From positions 1 to 39,373 of the IMG/VR virus record IMGVR_UViG_3300035526_000057: a stretch of DNA of 39,373 bases; one strand, given 5' to 3'. The notes below the pieces were generated by a model. It was not told the origin of the DNA. It was given only the letters and a program-made list of their open reading frames with translations, and made no database searches. The translations under genes were made by a program, and so were the position numbers. Shown in pieces: positions 26,881 through 36,380 of the stretch (positions are counted from its first letter, which is position 1; each line of letters starts with the position of its first letter). The stretch is from a virus. Taxonomy: Duplodnaviria; Caudoviricetes.

Positions 26881-27506
26881 TGTCAGTTTTAGAATCATAC
26901 AAAGTTAATGGGTTTACAATTAACGGATCAAATATATCAAACGTTTATAACCTTGGGCCATTACTAATATATGCAGTAGACATTTTTGTATCATCAAGAT
27001 CTAAAAGCGCAATAGATTGGTTGCTTACAACTAATAGTGATAGTTCATCAAGGATAAAGATTAAGCTAGACGGCATCTCCGAGTATGAAATAAAGTCAGG
27101 ATCGGCAGGAGAATCATTCTCAAATCCAATCTCATATAATAGAGCTGAGGACGTTGGTAATGCACAAAAGCTATTGCCTTCACATAACTCTAAGTATGAA
27201 CAGCTTATTCCATTTATGGGAGGAAGCGAATCTAGCTCAAAGGGCACTAGTTGGTCTTCATTGTTACAGCGCAGTAGCACAGAGATTGACAAAGCACTTA
27301 AAATGCTTACTGTAAAAAATGATAATCCATTAAGAGTTACGGTTGTAATAAACGAAAACACAGATTTTGAAACACTCAATAATATCATGAAAGATATTAC
27401 GATCACCGTAGTTCCATCAACAATGAAATCTTTACAGAAAGACTATTTACATTTTGATGACGAAGATGAATCACCAGTTACTATAGAAAAAGGTGTTAGA
27501 TACTAA
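26880..27506 (+). CDS. Hypothetical protein, probably structural
   Basis: 208 aa, coupled by TAATG overlaps on both sides. No recognised motif. Confidence 0.45.
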   Translation: MSVLESYKVNGFTINGSNISNVYNLGPLLIYAVDIFVSSRSKSAIDWLLTTNSDSSSRIKIKLDGISEYEIKSGSAGESFSNPISYNRAEDVGNAQKLLPSHNSKYEQLIPFMGGSESSSKGTSWSSLLQRSSTEIDKALKMLTVKNDNPLRVTVVINENTDFETLNNIMKDITITVVPSTMKSLQKDYLHFDDEDESPVTIEKGVRY

Positions 27507-29674
27507 TGGCAAATATTAACACATCACTTGATATTTTAAGAAGAAATGCACTGTCTGTTATATTAAAAAATGCAGATATAAAATTTACAACAATAAAAAA
27601 TAAGCTAACAAAGTACATAGAAAATGGTAGCTCATCATTCCTCTCACTTGCAGATGAAATTGGCTTTAATCCAACAGAGATAGCATCTTCAAATACAAGC
27701 GCCACATTCCTATTAGCATATACAGATTTCTTTTCTGCATATGTCTTGATGTATTCTAGCTATATCCCGGTATTTAAGAACCTGAAAAATATCTCTAGCA
27801 ATAAATATGAATATATATATTCGGTATATAAAAGGCTAGCAGCTTCAATCAAAGAAAAGGAAAAGAATAAGGATAATCTTTATGTCGTCTATTCTAACTT
27901 TCTAGATGAGAATAAAATAGATAAAAAGAGATCTGGTGTATTAAATAGAGAAGATAAGGTTTCTAGTACGCTTGGATACAATGGTATCTGCACTCTTCCA
28001 ACAAATGATTCATCAGTTGCTTATCCTACAAACATAACTTACTTTTCCGACGATGGTAGCCTTTCATCAATTGATAGCACATCAGGGAAAGACTTCTTAA
28101 CATATAACCTACTTAGGCAGCAGGGAAGAAATATAGGGATTGTTGACAAGAGTGGAGTAAAAAGCTTGTCCGATACAAATAAGGGATTACCTGATGTTAA
28201 AGGGACAATCTTTGGATATTTTTCTGATACAATTTATGTAAAAGTTACAAGCATAGAGTTTGCTGGCGGGGTAATATCCCAGATTGGAATGAAGGGATCA
28301 GTTGATAATGTAGAGTGGTCTTCAGAATTCTTTACTGGATTAAATGAAGAGGTAAACATACTTATTGATGACGACCTGGAGCTAGGACTCACTATAAGCT
28401 TTAAAGGAAACTTCCAGGTTGCTACAGGTAACTTTTGGTCAATTGGAGTAAAGAACCTAAGACTAGACTCTCCATCTCTAGACATAACAATAGACTTTAA
28501 TATCTTAGAGCCTGTTTCATTTATAAAATTTCTTGATACAAGCGAATACATGTTAGATATTAGTGGAGATATAGTTGATAGAAATAAGTTTAGTTCTGAA
28601 ACATTTACACCACAAGTATTTAATTCAAGAATCTCACATATAGTAGCGACAGAAGGAGAAGTAAATACCTATAAGATTTCTGCTAAACAAACCGAAAGCG
28701 AAGTATATAGTTATGCAGATAATGTATATAATAAGTTTAACTTTGATATATCTGGAATAGAAGCCTACTGTAACAAATATGGAAGGCATGGTTCTTTAGC
28801 ATTCTCAGAGCTAGAAGTAGAGAATATAAATACAGTAACAGTTGAAACATCAGGAAGAGTTCCTGAGTATATTCCGCACAGAATAGATTATACTGCAGAT
28901 CAAGAAGACCAAGCATCAAAGATTAGTATGCCAAAATCATACACAGAACTTAATGTTGCAGTAATAGCAGACAGTGGAAATGTAATAATCCCAGTACTGG
29001 ATACAAACATATTAATTGATCAGAAAACAATATTAGTTAACTCTGCGGGAGAAAGAGATGCCCTAGTGGTAAATAGTGGAGCTATTGCTACAGTAAAAGA
29101 TGACGCAACATATGTTTATTACGACGGTGAGTGGAATTTATATACCCAAAGTGCAGGAATAGATTGCCCTGTTATATTTGAAAGTGTAATTCCAGAAAAC
29201 GTATTTCATGATGAAACATACGGAGATATTGAATATGCTCCTGCAACATATACAACAAGGTTCCCTGTAGACAATACGTATGACATAAAAGACTCATCTA
29301 GCATTGTTGCTTACGATTCCAATAGTAGCTTAGAGGTTGGCTATGTTTTCAATGAAGCAGAAAACAATATAACAATCACACAATACTTTATGAAGGGTGC
29401 TCATACTGTATTCTATCCGGTTAAGCTTTACACGGTACTAGATTCGGCTGAGATAACTCTTAGTAATAAATGGACAAAAGCATCTGCATCAATATATTAT
29501 ATGTATTATAAAGATGAGAACAGAAAAGTACATACAGCGATTCGTAAATACAATAAAAAGACAGGTGAGCTAGAGCTATTTACTGGAACAATTTGTGGAC
29601 AAATAGAAATGAGATCTTCTGACGATAGCTACAAGACACCAATGGTTTTTGAATACACATTAGGAATATTATAA
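27506..29674 (+). CDS. Virion structural protein, paralog 1 of 3
   Basis: 722 aa with a helical N-terminus and beta-rich body. Contains GICTLP, KYGRHGSL.FS and C-terminal KTPMVFEYTL. Confidence 0.55.
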   Translation: MANINTSLDILRRNALSVILKNADIKFTTIKNKLTKYIENGSSSFLSLADEIGFNPTEIASSNTSATFLLAYTDFFSAYVLMYSSYIPVFKNLKNISSNKYEYIYSVYKRLAASIKEKEKNKDNLYVVYSNFLDENKIDKKRSGVLNREDKVSSTLGYNGICTLPTNDSSVAYPTNITYFSDDGSLSSIDSTSGKDFLTYNLLRQQGRNIGIVDKSGVKSLSDTNKGLPDVKGTIFGYFSDTIYVKVTSIEFAGGVISQIGMKGSVDNVEWSSEFFTGLNEEVNILIDDDLELGLTISFKGNFQVATGNFWSIGVKNLRLDSPSLDITIDFNILEPVSFIKFLDTSEYMLDISGDIVDRNKFSSETFTPQVFNSRISHIVATEGEVNTYKISAKQTESEVYSYADNVYNKFNFDISGIEAYCNKYGRHGSLAFSELEVENINTVTVETSGRVPEYIPHRIDYTADQEDQASKISMPKSYTELNVAVIADSGNVIIPVLDTNILIDQKTILVNSAGERDALVVNSGAIATVKDDATYVYYDGEWNLYTQSAGIDCPVIFESVIPENVFHDETYGDIEYAPATYTTRFPVDNTYDIKDSSSIVAYDSNSSLEVGYVFNEAENNITITQYFMKGAHTVFYPVKLYTVLDSAEITLSNKWTKASASIYYMYYKDENRKVHTAIRKYNKKTGELELFTGTICGQIEMRSSDDSYKTPMVFEYTLGIL

Positions 29675-29675
29675 T

Positions 29676-31982
29676 ATGTCTAAATTAGGTAAAATTATTT
29701 TTAGTAATGACATAACATCTAAGACATCTGAAATCTTATCTAGAAGCAATCTTCTATGCGAGGAGATTTCTACAGGTTTTAATAGAAGCAATATTCTTTA
29801 TGGACTATCTTCTGCGATAGAAGACATTGTCCTGGAAGATTATTTGTCTATGCAGAACACAACAAATGCTATTAATGTAGGCAACGCCTCTAGTAACTTA
29901 GTAATAGAATCATTTACATCTACAGATTATATGGATCAGGAATTTCCTGTTGATTCTAGCTTAAACATAGATGTTCAAAATGGCGACCTTACACTGCCAA
30001 TAAAATCCACCACAAAGCTAACAGTATCCGATATCTTAATTGGTAGTGAAAGCAATGGGAGCATAGGAAACTCAACTGAAGGTGGCATAAATAATAATGT
30101 TACAACAATATTAAATTCAAATTCATCAGAATTATTTGAGTATGAATCTATTGTTTCCCCATCAAAAAGCACAACACTAACATTAGCCTTAACATTAAAG
30201 CTTAAAGCTGAGAATTATGCAAATGGCATATATGTTCGCACATTTACTTCTGATAGCATTTCTTATCCTGAGGTAGTACAAGTTATGGTTTCTAAGGATG
30301 GCGCCAGCTGGGAGAGCATAGACTACGTCTCAGATGTAAATAAATCAGATCATTACATCAGATTCCAAGCTAAGAAGATTAGGTTTGCTAAGATAGTACT
30401 AAGTCAAGATTCCTATGTAAGAACTAGTTCTTATTTTAACGATATAAAAAGATATTCAATTGGATTAAAAGAAATATCCATAAAGCAAACAGAGTATAAA
30501 AAGTCTGGTGAATATGTATCTATTCCATTTAATAAGCTGTCAAACATTAATGCTGTGTACTTTGTATCAAAAGAAGATTCTAATAACGATATAAAATATT
30601 ACATATCTGCAGACAATGGATCCAAATGGGTAGAGGTAGAAAATGAAAAGTTACTATATCTAACCTCAGGAATACTTGGGCTGTATAATAGCAATGACGT
30701 AAAGTCAATAAGGGTTAAGGTTCTTATGGATAGAGCACTTATTTATAAGCCAGTTGCTTTTGCAGAATATACGGCACTAACTAGTGATAATAAATATTTC
30801 TTATCTTATACACCAATATCTATCTCGTCAATGAAGGCGAAGCTTGGAGGACATATTTCTTGCGGAGATGCAAAGTCATATGAGGTATCCTTATATAGTT
30901 CAAACCAGGTTGACTCTGAGATTGTACAAAAATCAACATGTATAATTGATACAAAATCAAACTTTGCAACAACACTTAAGTATGTACCATACTTTCAAGG
31001 AATAGAAGACTACTTAAAGTTAAAAATTAATGATGTAGCAGTTAAGAATAGCAGAAGCATTTATAATGTAATACGTCATATTAACCCCTTACATTCTATA
31101 CTTGTATTTAATAAGAATGCTTTTTTAAGCAAGTCAGTTCCATCAGCAAACTTATCAATAGAATATAAACCACATATTCATAACAATGTAGACTTGCAAA
31201 CACAAACAATCACATTGCCTGACACGCTACCAATCTTCACAAGTAACAAAGGGGATATATCAATTACTACAGTTGAGTACACAAATATAATTGTAGAAAA
31301 TGGTTCACATCCGAACCTGTTTGATAGAGACGTAACCACATATCAGGTGCTTGACACAAAGGCAGATGTAGGAGGAGTTAATTGCTGGTCAGTAACAACA
31401 GGCGAGTTCAGCGACTATGTATGCCCGAAGCAATATTCAATAACCCCATATGCAGACGATCCTCTTCAGAGCCCCTCAGAGTGGACAGTTGAAGGATCAA
31501 CAGATGGAACAAAATGGACTACAATTGATACTCAGTCAGAGGTTACAGATTGGGATTTTAATAAAAAATACTTTAAGCTAGATAATGATTGCTATTTTAA
31601 ATACATAAGATTTAAGATAACTAAAAATTCAAATCCCGTAGATAACTCAACATTGACAGTTTGCGATATAGATCTATATGAGGGCGAAGGAGCTACATTA
31701 TCAAGTGCATCATTTGAAGTTATTGATAACAGGACAATAAAGATACTTGATGAAAGCTATAACCTAAGATCAGATTATATAGTTGAATACTATCCATCTG
31801 TAGACGTAACAAGCTATCTACCAGATGCTTTAGACGAAAACAAAATAGAGCTACAGGGATTACCAGATATACCAGATGAGGCATCTCTATGTTTTGAGTA
31901 CCAATATCAAAACAAAGAGTCTACATCAGGAAAAGAGTTTTATTCTCCTATTTGCAATGAGTATAGAGTGGAGTTATTATGA
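29676..31982 (+). CDS. Virion structural protein, paralog 2 of 3, with a discoidin (F5/8 type C)-like domain
   Basis: 768 aa. Contains GDLTLP, EYKKSGEYVS.P and C-terminal SPICNEYRV. The discoidin-like segment is NLFD...YSITP...PSEWTVEGSTDG.KWTTID...FKYIRFKIT. Confidence 0.6.
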   Translation: MSKLGKIIFSNDITSKTSEILSRSNLLCEEISTGFNRSNILYGLSSAIEDIVLEDYLSMQNTTNAINVGNASSNLVIESFTSTDYMDQEFPVDSSLNIDVQNGDLTLPIKSTTKLTVSDILIGSESNGSIGNSTEGGINNNVTTILNSNSSELFEYESIVSPSKSTTLTLALTLKLKAENYANGIYVRTFTSDSISYPEVVQVMVSKDGASWESIDYVSDVNKSDHYIRFQAKKIRFAKIVLSQDSYVRTSSYFNDIKRYSIGLKEISIKQTEYKKSGEYVSIPFNKLSNINAVYFVSKEDSNNDIKYYISADNGSKWVEVENEKLLYLTSGILGLYNSNDVKSIRVKVLMDRALIYKPVAFAEYTALTSDNKYFLSYTPISISSMKAKLGGHISCGDAKSYEVSLYSSNQVDSEIVQKSTCIIDTKSNFATTLKYVPYFQGIEDYLKLKINDVAVKNSRSIYNVIRHINPLHSILVFNKNAFLSKSVPSANLSIEYKPHIHNNVDLQTQTITLPDTLPIFTSNKGDISITTVEYTNIIVENGSHPNLFDRDVTTYQVLDTKADVGGVNCWSVTTGEFSDYVCPKQYSITPYADDPLQSPSEWTVEGSTDGTKWTTIDTQSEVTDWDFNKKYFKLDNDCYFKYIRFKITKNSNPVDNSTLTVCDIDLYEGEGATLSSASFEVIDNRTIKILDESYNLRSDYIVEYYPSVDVTSYLPDALDENKIELQGLPDIPDEASLCFEYQYQNKESTSGKEFYSPICNEYRVELL

Positions 31983-34132
31983 GAGAAATTATTTTAAAGA
32001 AAATACTTGATGAGAAAATTAAAAATTCAGTTAAGCTTCATGGCAACTGCCCTTCAGTTGCTGACAGCTATAGTTCTGCAAGCGAGGGTCTTAATAATGT
32101 GTTGTCGGTTAGCAATATTCCTGAGATAGCATATCAAGAAGAGTTTTCTGCATCTAAGTTCTTTGATGAATCGGATAACATTTCATCATGGCTTCTAATA
32201 GCAGCAAATACAATGAACTCACTAGTTGCAGACTATGAAAGCATTTCTAATAAGTACAATATAATAGCTAAAAGAATCTTTAATGAATCATCAGATATTA
32301 GAGATAAGATAGATGCTTTGTCCGGATATGTTTGTCGTAGCATATCAACAAGGCAGTCAAACCAGGCGGACACGTCAATTTGTGGCAAGATTGGGAACTA
32401 TATATGCTTACCGTTCTTTGTAAGATCTGCAACAATGTATGAGGACTCGGCACAAATATCTACACAGTCATCCGGAGAGACGGTTTTTACTAATGAGTCA
32501 TATGTATCTAATATTCCACTCAATGAGCCACTGTCAGTAAAAGCAGAGAGCACAAGTAGCGAATCTTCTGTAACGGTAAATGTTACGCTAAATAGCGTCA
32601 CAGCTAATTTGGTATATGCTAAGTTTTTAAATAAAGCCAAGAGCATAAAAGTATCACTATATAACTCAACAGATAAAGTTTACGAAAAAACATTCTCATC
32701 CAATGAAGTATTTGCAAATTTTGACCCAATAACATTTGATCTTGCATCGTTCACTGTAACATACCAAAATCCAAATAAGGATAAGCCATTTTCTGTTGTA
32801 ATGAGCAACCTATCTATCTTTACCAATATAAAGTTTGCCAAAACAGGATCCTTTGAGTCTAAGCCAATGACGATAACGCTAGATAAAGATATTAGTTATA
32901 TAAATCTAGAGTATAGAGACCTGAGCGATTCTGATAGTACATCATCTATAAAAATGATGTCAGTTTCAACAGATAAAGACAAAAAGTCATTTAATATCGT
33001 AAGTGACGACCAGAATGTTGGACTATCAAGTTATAAGTTTAGATATGCAAGAGAGTTTACTGGAATTACAGCAGACTATGATTCTACAGCTATAGGTGAT
33101 AAGAAATTCTTTATATCAGATATTAGTAGCAGTGGTGACAATATGTGGAATATGGATTTCGAAAATGCGCTTATGTTTAATGGGCTAAATGTTGACTATG
33201 GAGAAACCTCACAGCTTGTTCCGGGATATTACGGACAGCATTTTGAGAACTGGTCTAAGAATGAAAACTATTGGGAAACAATGGTAAGTGTTACCGAAGA
33301 TGATGTATTCATAGACATCGGAACAAAGACATGTTTTATTAATGGAGTAGAAAAGACTGGGCGATTTGAAATAAGAAGAGGAATCTCTAAGATAAGAGTT
33401 CATGAAAAAGATATAGATTTTAACCTAGGAAAAGAACAGCTATCTGATATGTCAGATAAGGATGATGTATATTCCGATCCATTATTCCCATTTAACTTTG
33501 CATATATATTTGCCGGGCTACCAGAGTACGACTCAGAGGGAGATATAGAAGGCAAGATAATTAGACGATTCAAAGTATCTAACTCAACAACACTCTCAAT
33601 GGAGGAACCCTTTATTCCACTATCTGTTGAGATAAAAGAATTAGGTACAAACAGAGAATATAAGATGCAATTTACAGAAGGAGTATCTACGCCTGGAACA
33701 TTCTCTATTGAGCCAAACAAAGGCAGAATAAGAATATTCCCATTTGATACAGACTCTGACAGCACTGTGCAGATAAAGTATAGAAGAGCATCTACATTTA
33801 AGAAACCAGTAGGCGTACTTTTCAATAGGTTATTAACATTTGTACCAATTAAAGTTCTACTTAGTGTGAGCACATCATCAAATACTGAATCATCATACAA
33901 TAAAGCACTTACTGGCTCATCATTCTTCACGATTCATGGAGACTTAACAACAAAAGAATTGTTAATCGAAGATACATCAGGGCTAAGTAATGTTCCAAAT
34001 GCACTTCAGCATTCTCATATTATATTTAACAGATCAGATGAAGATCTTTATGTCGCTACAAAAATAAATATGAGCACGGAAAACAGATACCTAACACCAA
34101 TTATAAAAGATATTTATTTATCTGTGGAGTAA
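31979..34132 (+). CDS. Virion structural protein, paralog 3 of 3
   Basis: 717 aa. Contains YICLP, KFAKTGSFESKP and C-terminal LTPIIKDIYL. ATGA overlap with the upstream gene. Confidence 0.55.
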   Translation: MREIILKKILDEKIKNSVKLHGNCPSVADSYSSASEGLNNVLSVSNIPEIAYQEEFSASKFFDESDNISSWLLIAANTMNSLVADYESISNKYNIIAKRIFNESSDIRDKIDALSGYVCRSISTRQSNQADTSICGKIGNYICLPFFVRSATMYEDSAQISTQSSGETVFTNESYVSNIPLNEPLSVKAESTSSESSVTVNVTLNSVTANLVYAKFLNKAKSIKVSLYNSTDKVYEKTFSSNEVFANFDPITFDLASFTVTYQNPNKDKPFSVVMSNLSIFTNIKFAKTGSFESKPMTITLDKDISYINLEYRDLSDSDSTSSIKMMSVSTDKDKKSFNIVSDDQNVGLSSYKFRYAREFTGITADYDSTAIGDKKFFISDISSSGDNMWNMDFENALMFNGLNVDYGETSQLVPGYYGQHFENWSKNENYWETMVSVTEDDVFIDIGTKTCFINGVEKTGRFEIRRGISKIRVHEKDIDFNLGKEQLSDMSDKDDVYSDPLFPFNFAYIFAGLPEYDSEGDIEGKIIRRFKVSNSTTLSMEEPFIPLSVEIKELGTNREYKMQFTEGVSTPGTFSIEPNKGRIRIFPFDTDSDSTVQIKYRRASTFKKPVGVLFNRLLTFVPIKVLLSVSTSSNTESSYNKALTGSSFFTIHGDLTTKELLIEDTSGLSNVPNALQHSHIIFNRSDEDLYVATKINMSTENRYLTPIIKDIYLSVE
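33830..33838 (+). promoter_or_regulatory. Intragenic copy of the TTATTAACA motif
   Basis: AATAGGTTATTAACA at 33824-33838 is identical to 21997-22011 and lies about 300 nt upstream of the 93-aa and Cas4-like gene pair. Confidence 0.3.
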
Positions 34133-34135
34133 CGT

Positions 34136-34417
34136 ATGTTTGATAATGAATTATATGAAGATCGTGAATTTCTAAATACGGATGAACTTGTAGACAAAAG
34201 TATAAAATATCAAATGCTTGGTTCTGTAAAATATAAAACAGAACAGTTAAAACTAATCACAGAAGATGAAAATATACTAGATGCATTGGATGCAATATTG
34301 TTAGTTGTAGAAGATGCATATAATGTAGACTTATACAAGTTTCAATTTAAGTCTCTATCTAATATACTTTTTACAGAGCTGAAGGATTTGGAAGAAACGA
34401 TAGAGTTTTTAGAATGA
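34136..34417 (+). CDS. Small acidic helical hypothetical protein
   Basis: 93 aa, D/E/L-rich, with an ATGA overlap to the nuclease gene downstream. Confidence 0.55.
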   Translation: MFDNELYEDREFLNTDELVDKSIKYQMLGSVKYKTEQLKLITEDENILDALDAILLVVEDAYNVDLYKFQFKSLSNILFTELKDLEETIEFLE

Positions 34418-35262
34418 TAACAAACTTATTAAAAGAACAGTTAGAAGATAGTCAAAGCGAAAAAAGAGTACATGAAGATAGATTTTATCCATCACAATCC
34501 TCTTCGATAGTAAACAAGGGGAAGTATAAGAAGGTTGAAGGTAAGTGCCTTAGGGCTGCTTATTATCATTGCTTAGGCATGCCAGACGAGGATGAGTTCT
34601 CAACAAGACGGGAGCTCATTTTCAAAATTGGTGACTATACAGAAAAGATGATCCTTGATATACTTGATAAAAAGGGTGTCCTTGTAGATAAAAATGTTAA
34701 GTTTGATATAGAGAAATATAATATATATGGAGCCTTAGATGGCATTATATTGGACAAGGATGGAAATAAAGTTGGCCTAGAAATTAAAAGCATTGGAAGC
34801 AATAAGTGGACAGCAAATCAGATCTTTGGAAGTAGATGGAATACTCCATTTCCAAAATGGCAAAACTTATTTCAGACATTAATTTATTGCTATGCATTTA
34901 AAGATGAAATATCAAAGTTCATTCTCTTTTATATAAGAAGAGATACGTGCGAAACAAAAGAGTTTGAAATATCTATTATCCCAAAAGGAAAAGAAATATA
35001 TCCAGTGATAGACGGAAAGATATATGAAGACTTTTCTGTAACAGGGATACTAAAAAGATATAAGGCTCTCAAGAGCTATGTAGAAAAAAAAGAAGTCCCA
35101 CCAAGAGAATTCCAAATAACTTATCCTAAAAACAAAATTAGTACATATAGAAAATTAGGAATTATTTCAAAGACTAGAGCAGAAAAGTATTTACTATCTC
35201 CTCTCGGGGATATAGAATGTGAATTCTGTTCATATCTTAATCAGTGTAAAAAGGACGAATGA
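34414..35262 (+). CDS. Cas4-like / RecB-family PD-(D/E)xK exonuclease with a predicted Fe-S cluster
   Basis: 282 aa. FYPS...KCLRAAYY, GALDGII...GLEIKS, Q-x-x-x-Y (FQTLIY) and C-terminal CEFCSYLNQC give the 1+3 cysteine layout of Cas4/AddB. Confidence 0.85.
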   Translation: MITNLLKEQLEDSQSEKRVHEDRFYPSQSSSIVNKGKYKKVEGKCLRAAYYHCLGMPDEDEFSTRRELIFKIGDYTEKMILDILDKKGVLVDKNVKFDIEKYNIYGALDGIILDKDGNKVGLEIKSIGSNKWTANQIFGSRWNTPFPKWQNLFQTLIYCYAFKDEISKFILFYIRRDTCETKEFEISIIPKGKEIYPVIDGKIYEDFSVTGILKRYKALKSYVEKKEVPPREFQITYPKNKISTYRKLGIISKTRAEKYLLSPLGDIECEFCSYLNQCKKDE

Positions 35263-35270
35263 GGTAATAC

Positions 35271-36380
35271 ATGTCTTCAACAATATCGGCGCAACCAGGA
35301 GATACAAAAAAGTACTTCTATAGAGATATAAGCGAAAGTATTCCGAACCCAAACATAAAAGCTGCGGTTAAAAAGAATGACGACATAGTGTTATTCTACG
35401 GAGCAATACCAGGAATATCAGAAGATTTAAATCCTAGGCTTGCAAAAATTAATCTCACTACACAATCAATAGCACAAACAACGTGCACATTTAATGCACA
35501 AGAATCTAGCGATGTATATTCAGATGCTTTAGTTGAAAAAAACATTGATACACCTTGTAACTTTAAGGCATTTGTTTGGAACAACAATCTTGTAACAATC
35601 GCAAAAACTATCTCTCCGTATCACGGAGTAACGCTAATAAAATTAAACCTAGATTCTTTCTCTTTAACACTAACAGCATTAACAGCTATCCCATCAGATA
35701 CATATATAGCAGACATATCAAATAATGACAGCACGCTTTATATCTTAGGAAAAACAGGATATACTCAAAAAGAATACAATAAGATATATGCCATTGACAT
35801 ATCGTCGTCCTCGGAAGATGGGTGCCCAACGGTAGAGTATACGTTTAACTCTATATTGCGTGGCGGGCAGTCGTGTCTTTATCATAATGGATCTCTTTTA
35901 TTCTTTGGAGGAAAAGTAGTATCCAACTCCGTGATAGAAGACTGTACTGATAAATACTACAAGATAAGCATTGATGACTTAGGGCAATCAGACATCCTTA
36001 ATGGAAACAATATAGTATCATTAGTTCCTATGCCGTCAAGCTATACAGCTGTTCCTTTCATATTAGACAATAAGGCGTATATTGCCTCTGAGCTATACCT
36101 ATACTCATTAAATATAATTGATGGATCATTAGATAGAATTTCATTATCAGAAGAAATTAGCGCTAATATATTCATAAATGACGCTAACATATATATCAGT
36201 TATGATACAGGAAAAGTATTTGAGACAGAGCAAATAGGCGGAAGCTTATTAGACATATATGGAAGTATACAGTTTTATGATTCCAATGAAGAAGAGATAG
36301 GGATAAGCGGCAACCTTATTGCGGAAACTGTAAAAAAGATAGATAACAGTAAATTTATAAGTAGGATAAAATTCTCATGA
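35271..36380 (+). CDS. Putative beta-propeller (Kelch-like) protein
   Basis: 369 aa. Repeated blade-like segments (VWNNNLVTI, NDSTLYILG, HNGSLLFFGG, LDNKAYIA, NDANIYIS). Confidence 0.45.
   Translation: MSSTISAQPGDTKKYFYRDISESIPNPNIKAAVKKNDDIVLFYGAIPGISEDLNPRLAKINLTTQSIAQTTCTFNAQESSDVYSDALVEKNIDTPCNFKAFVWNNNLVTIAKTISPYHGVTLIKLNLDSFSLTLTALTAIPSDTYIADISNNDSTLYILGKTGYTQKEYNKIYAIDISSSSEDGCPTVEYTFNSILRGGQSCLYHNGSLLFFGGKVVSNSVIEDCTDKYYKISIDDLGQSDILNGNNIVSLVPMPSSYTAVPFILDNKAYIASELYLYSLNIIDGSLDRISLSEEISANIFINDANIYISYDTGKVFETEQIGGSLLDIYGSIQFYDSNEEEIGISGNLIAETVKKIDNSKFISRIKFS

Noticed and set aside
34414-35262. CRISPR-Cas locus
   Set aside because: No repeat-spacer array and no cas1, cas2 or effector genes are visible, so this is a solo Cas4-like nuclease.
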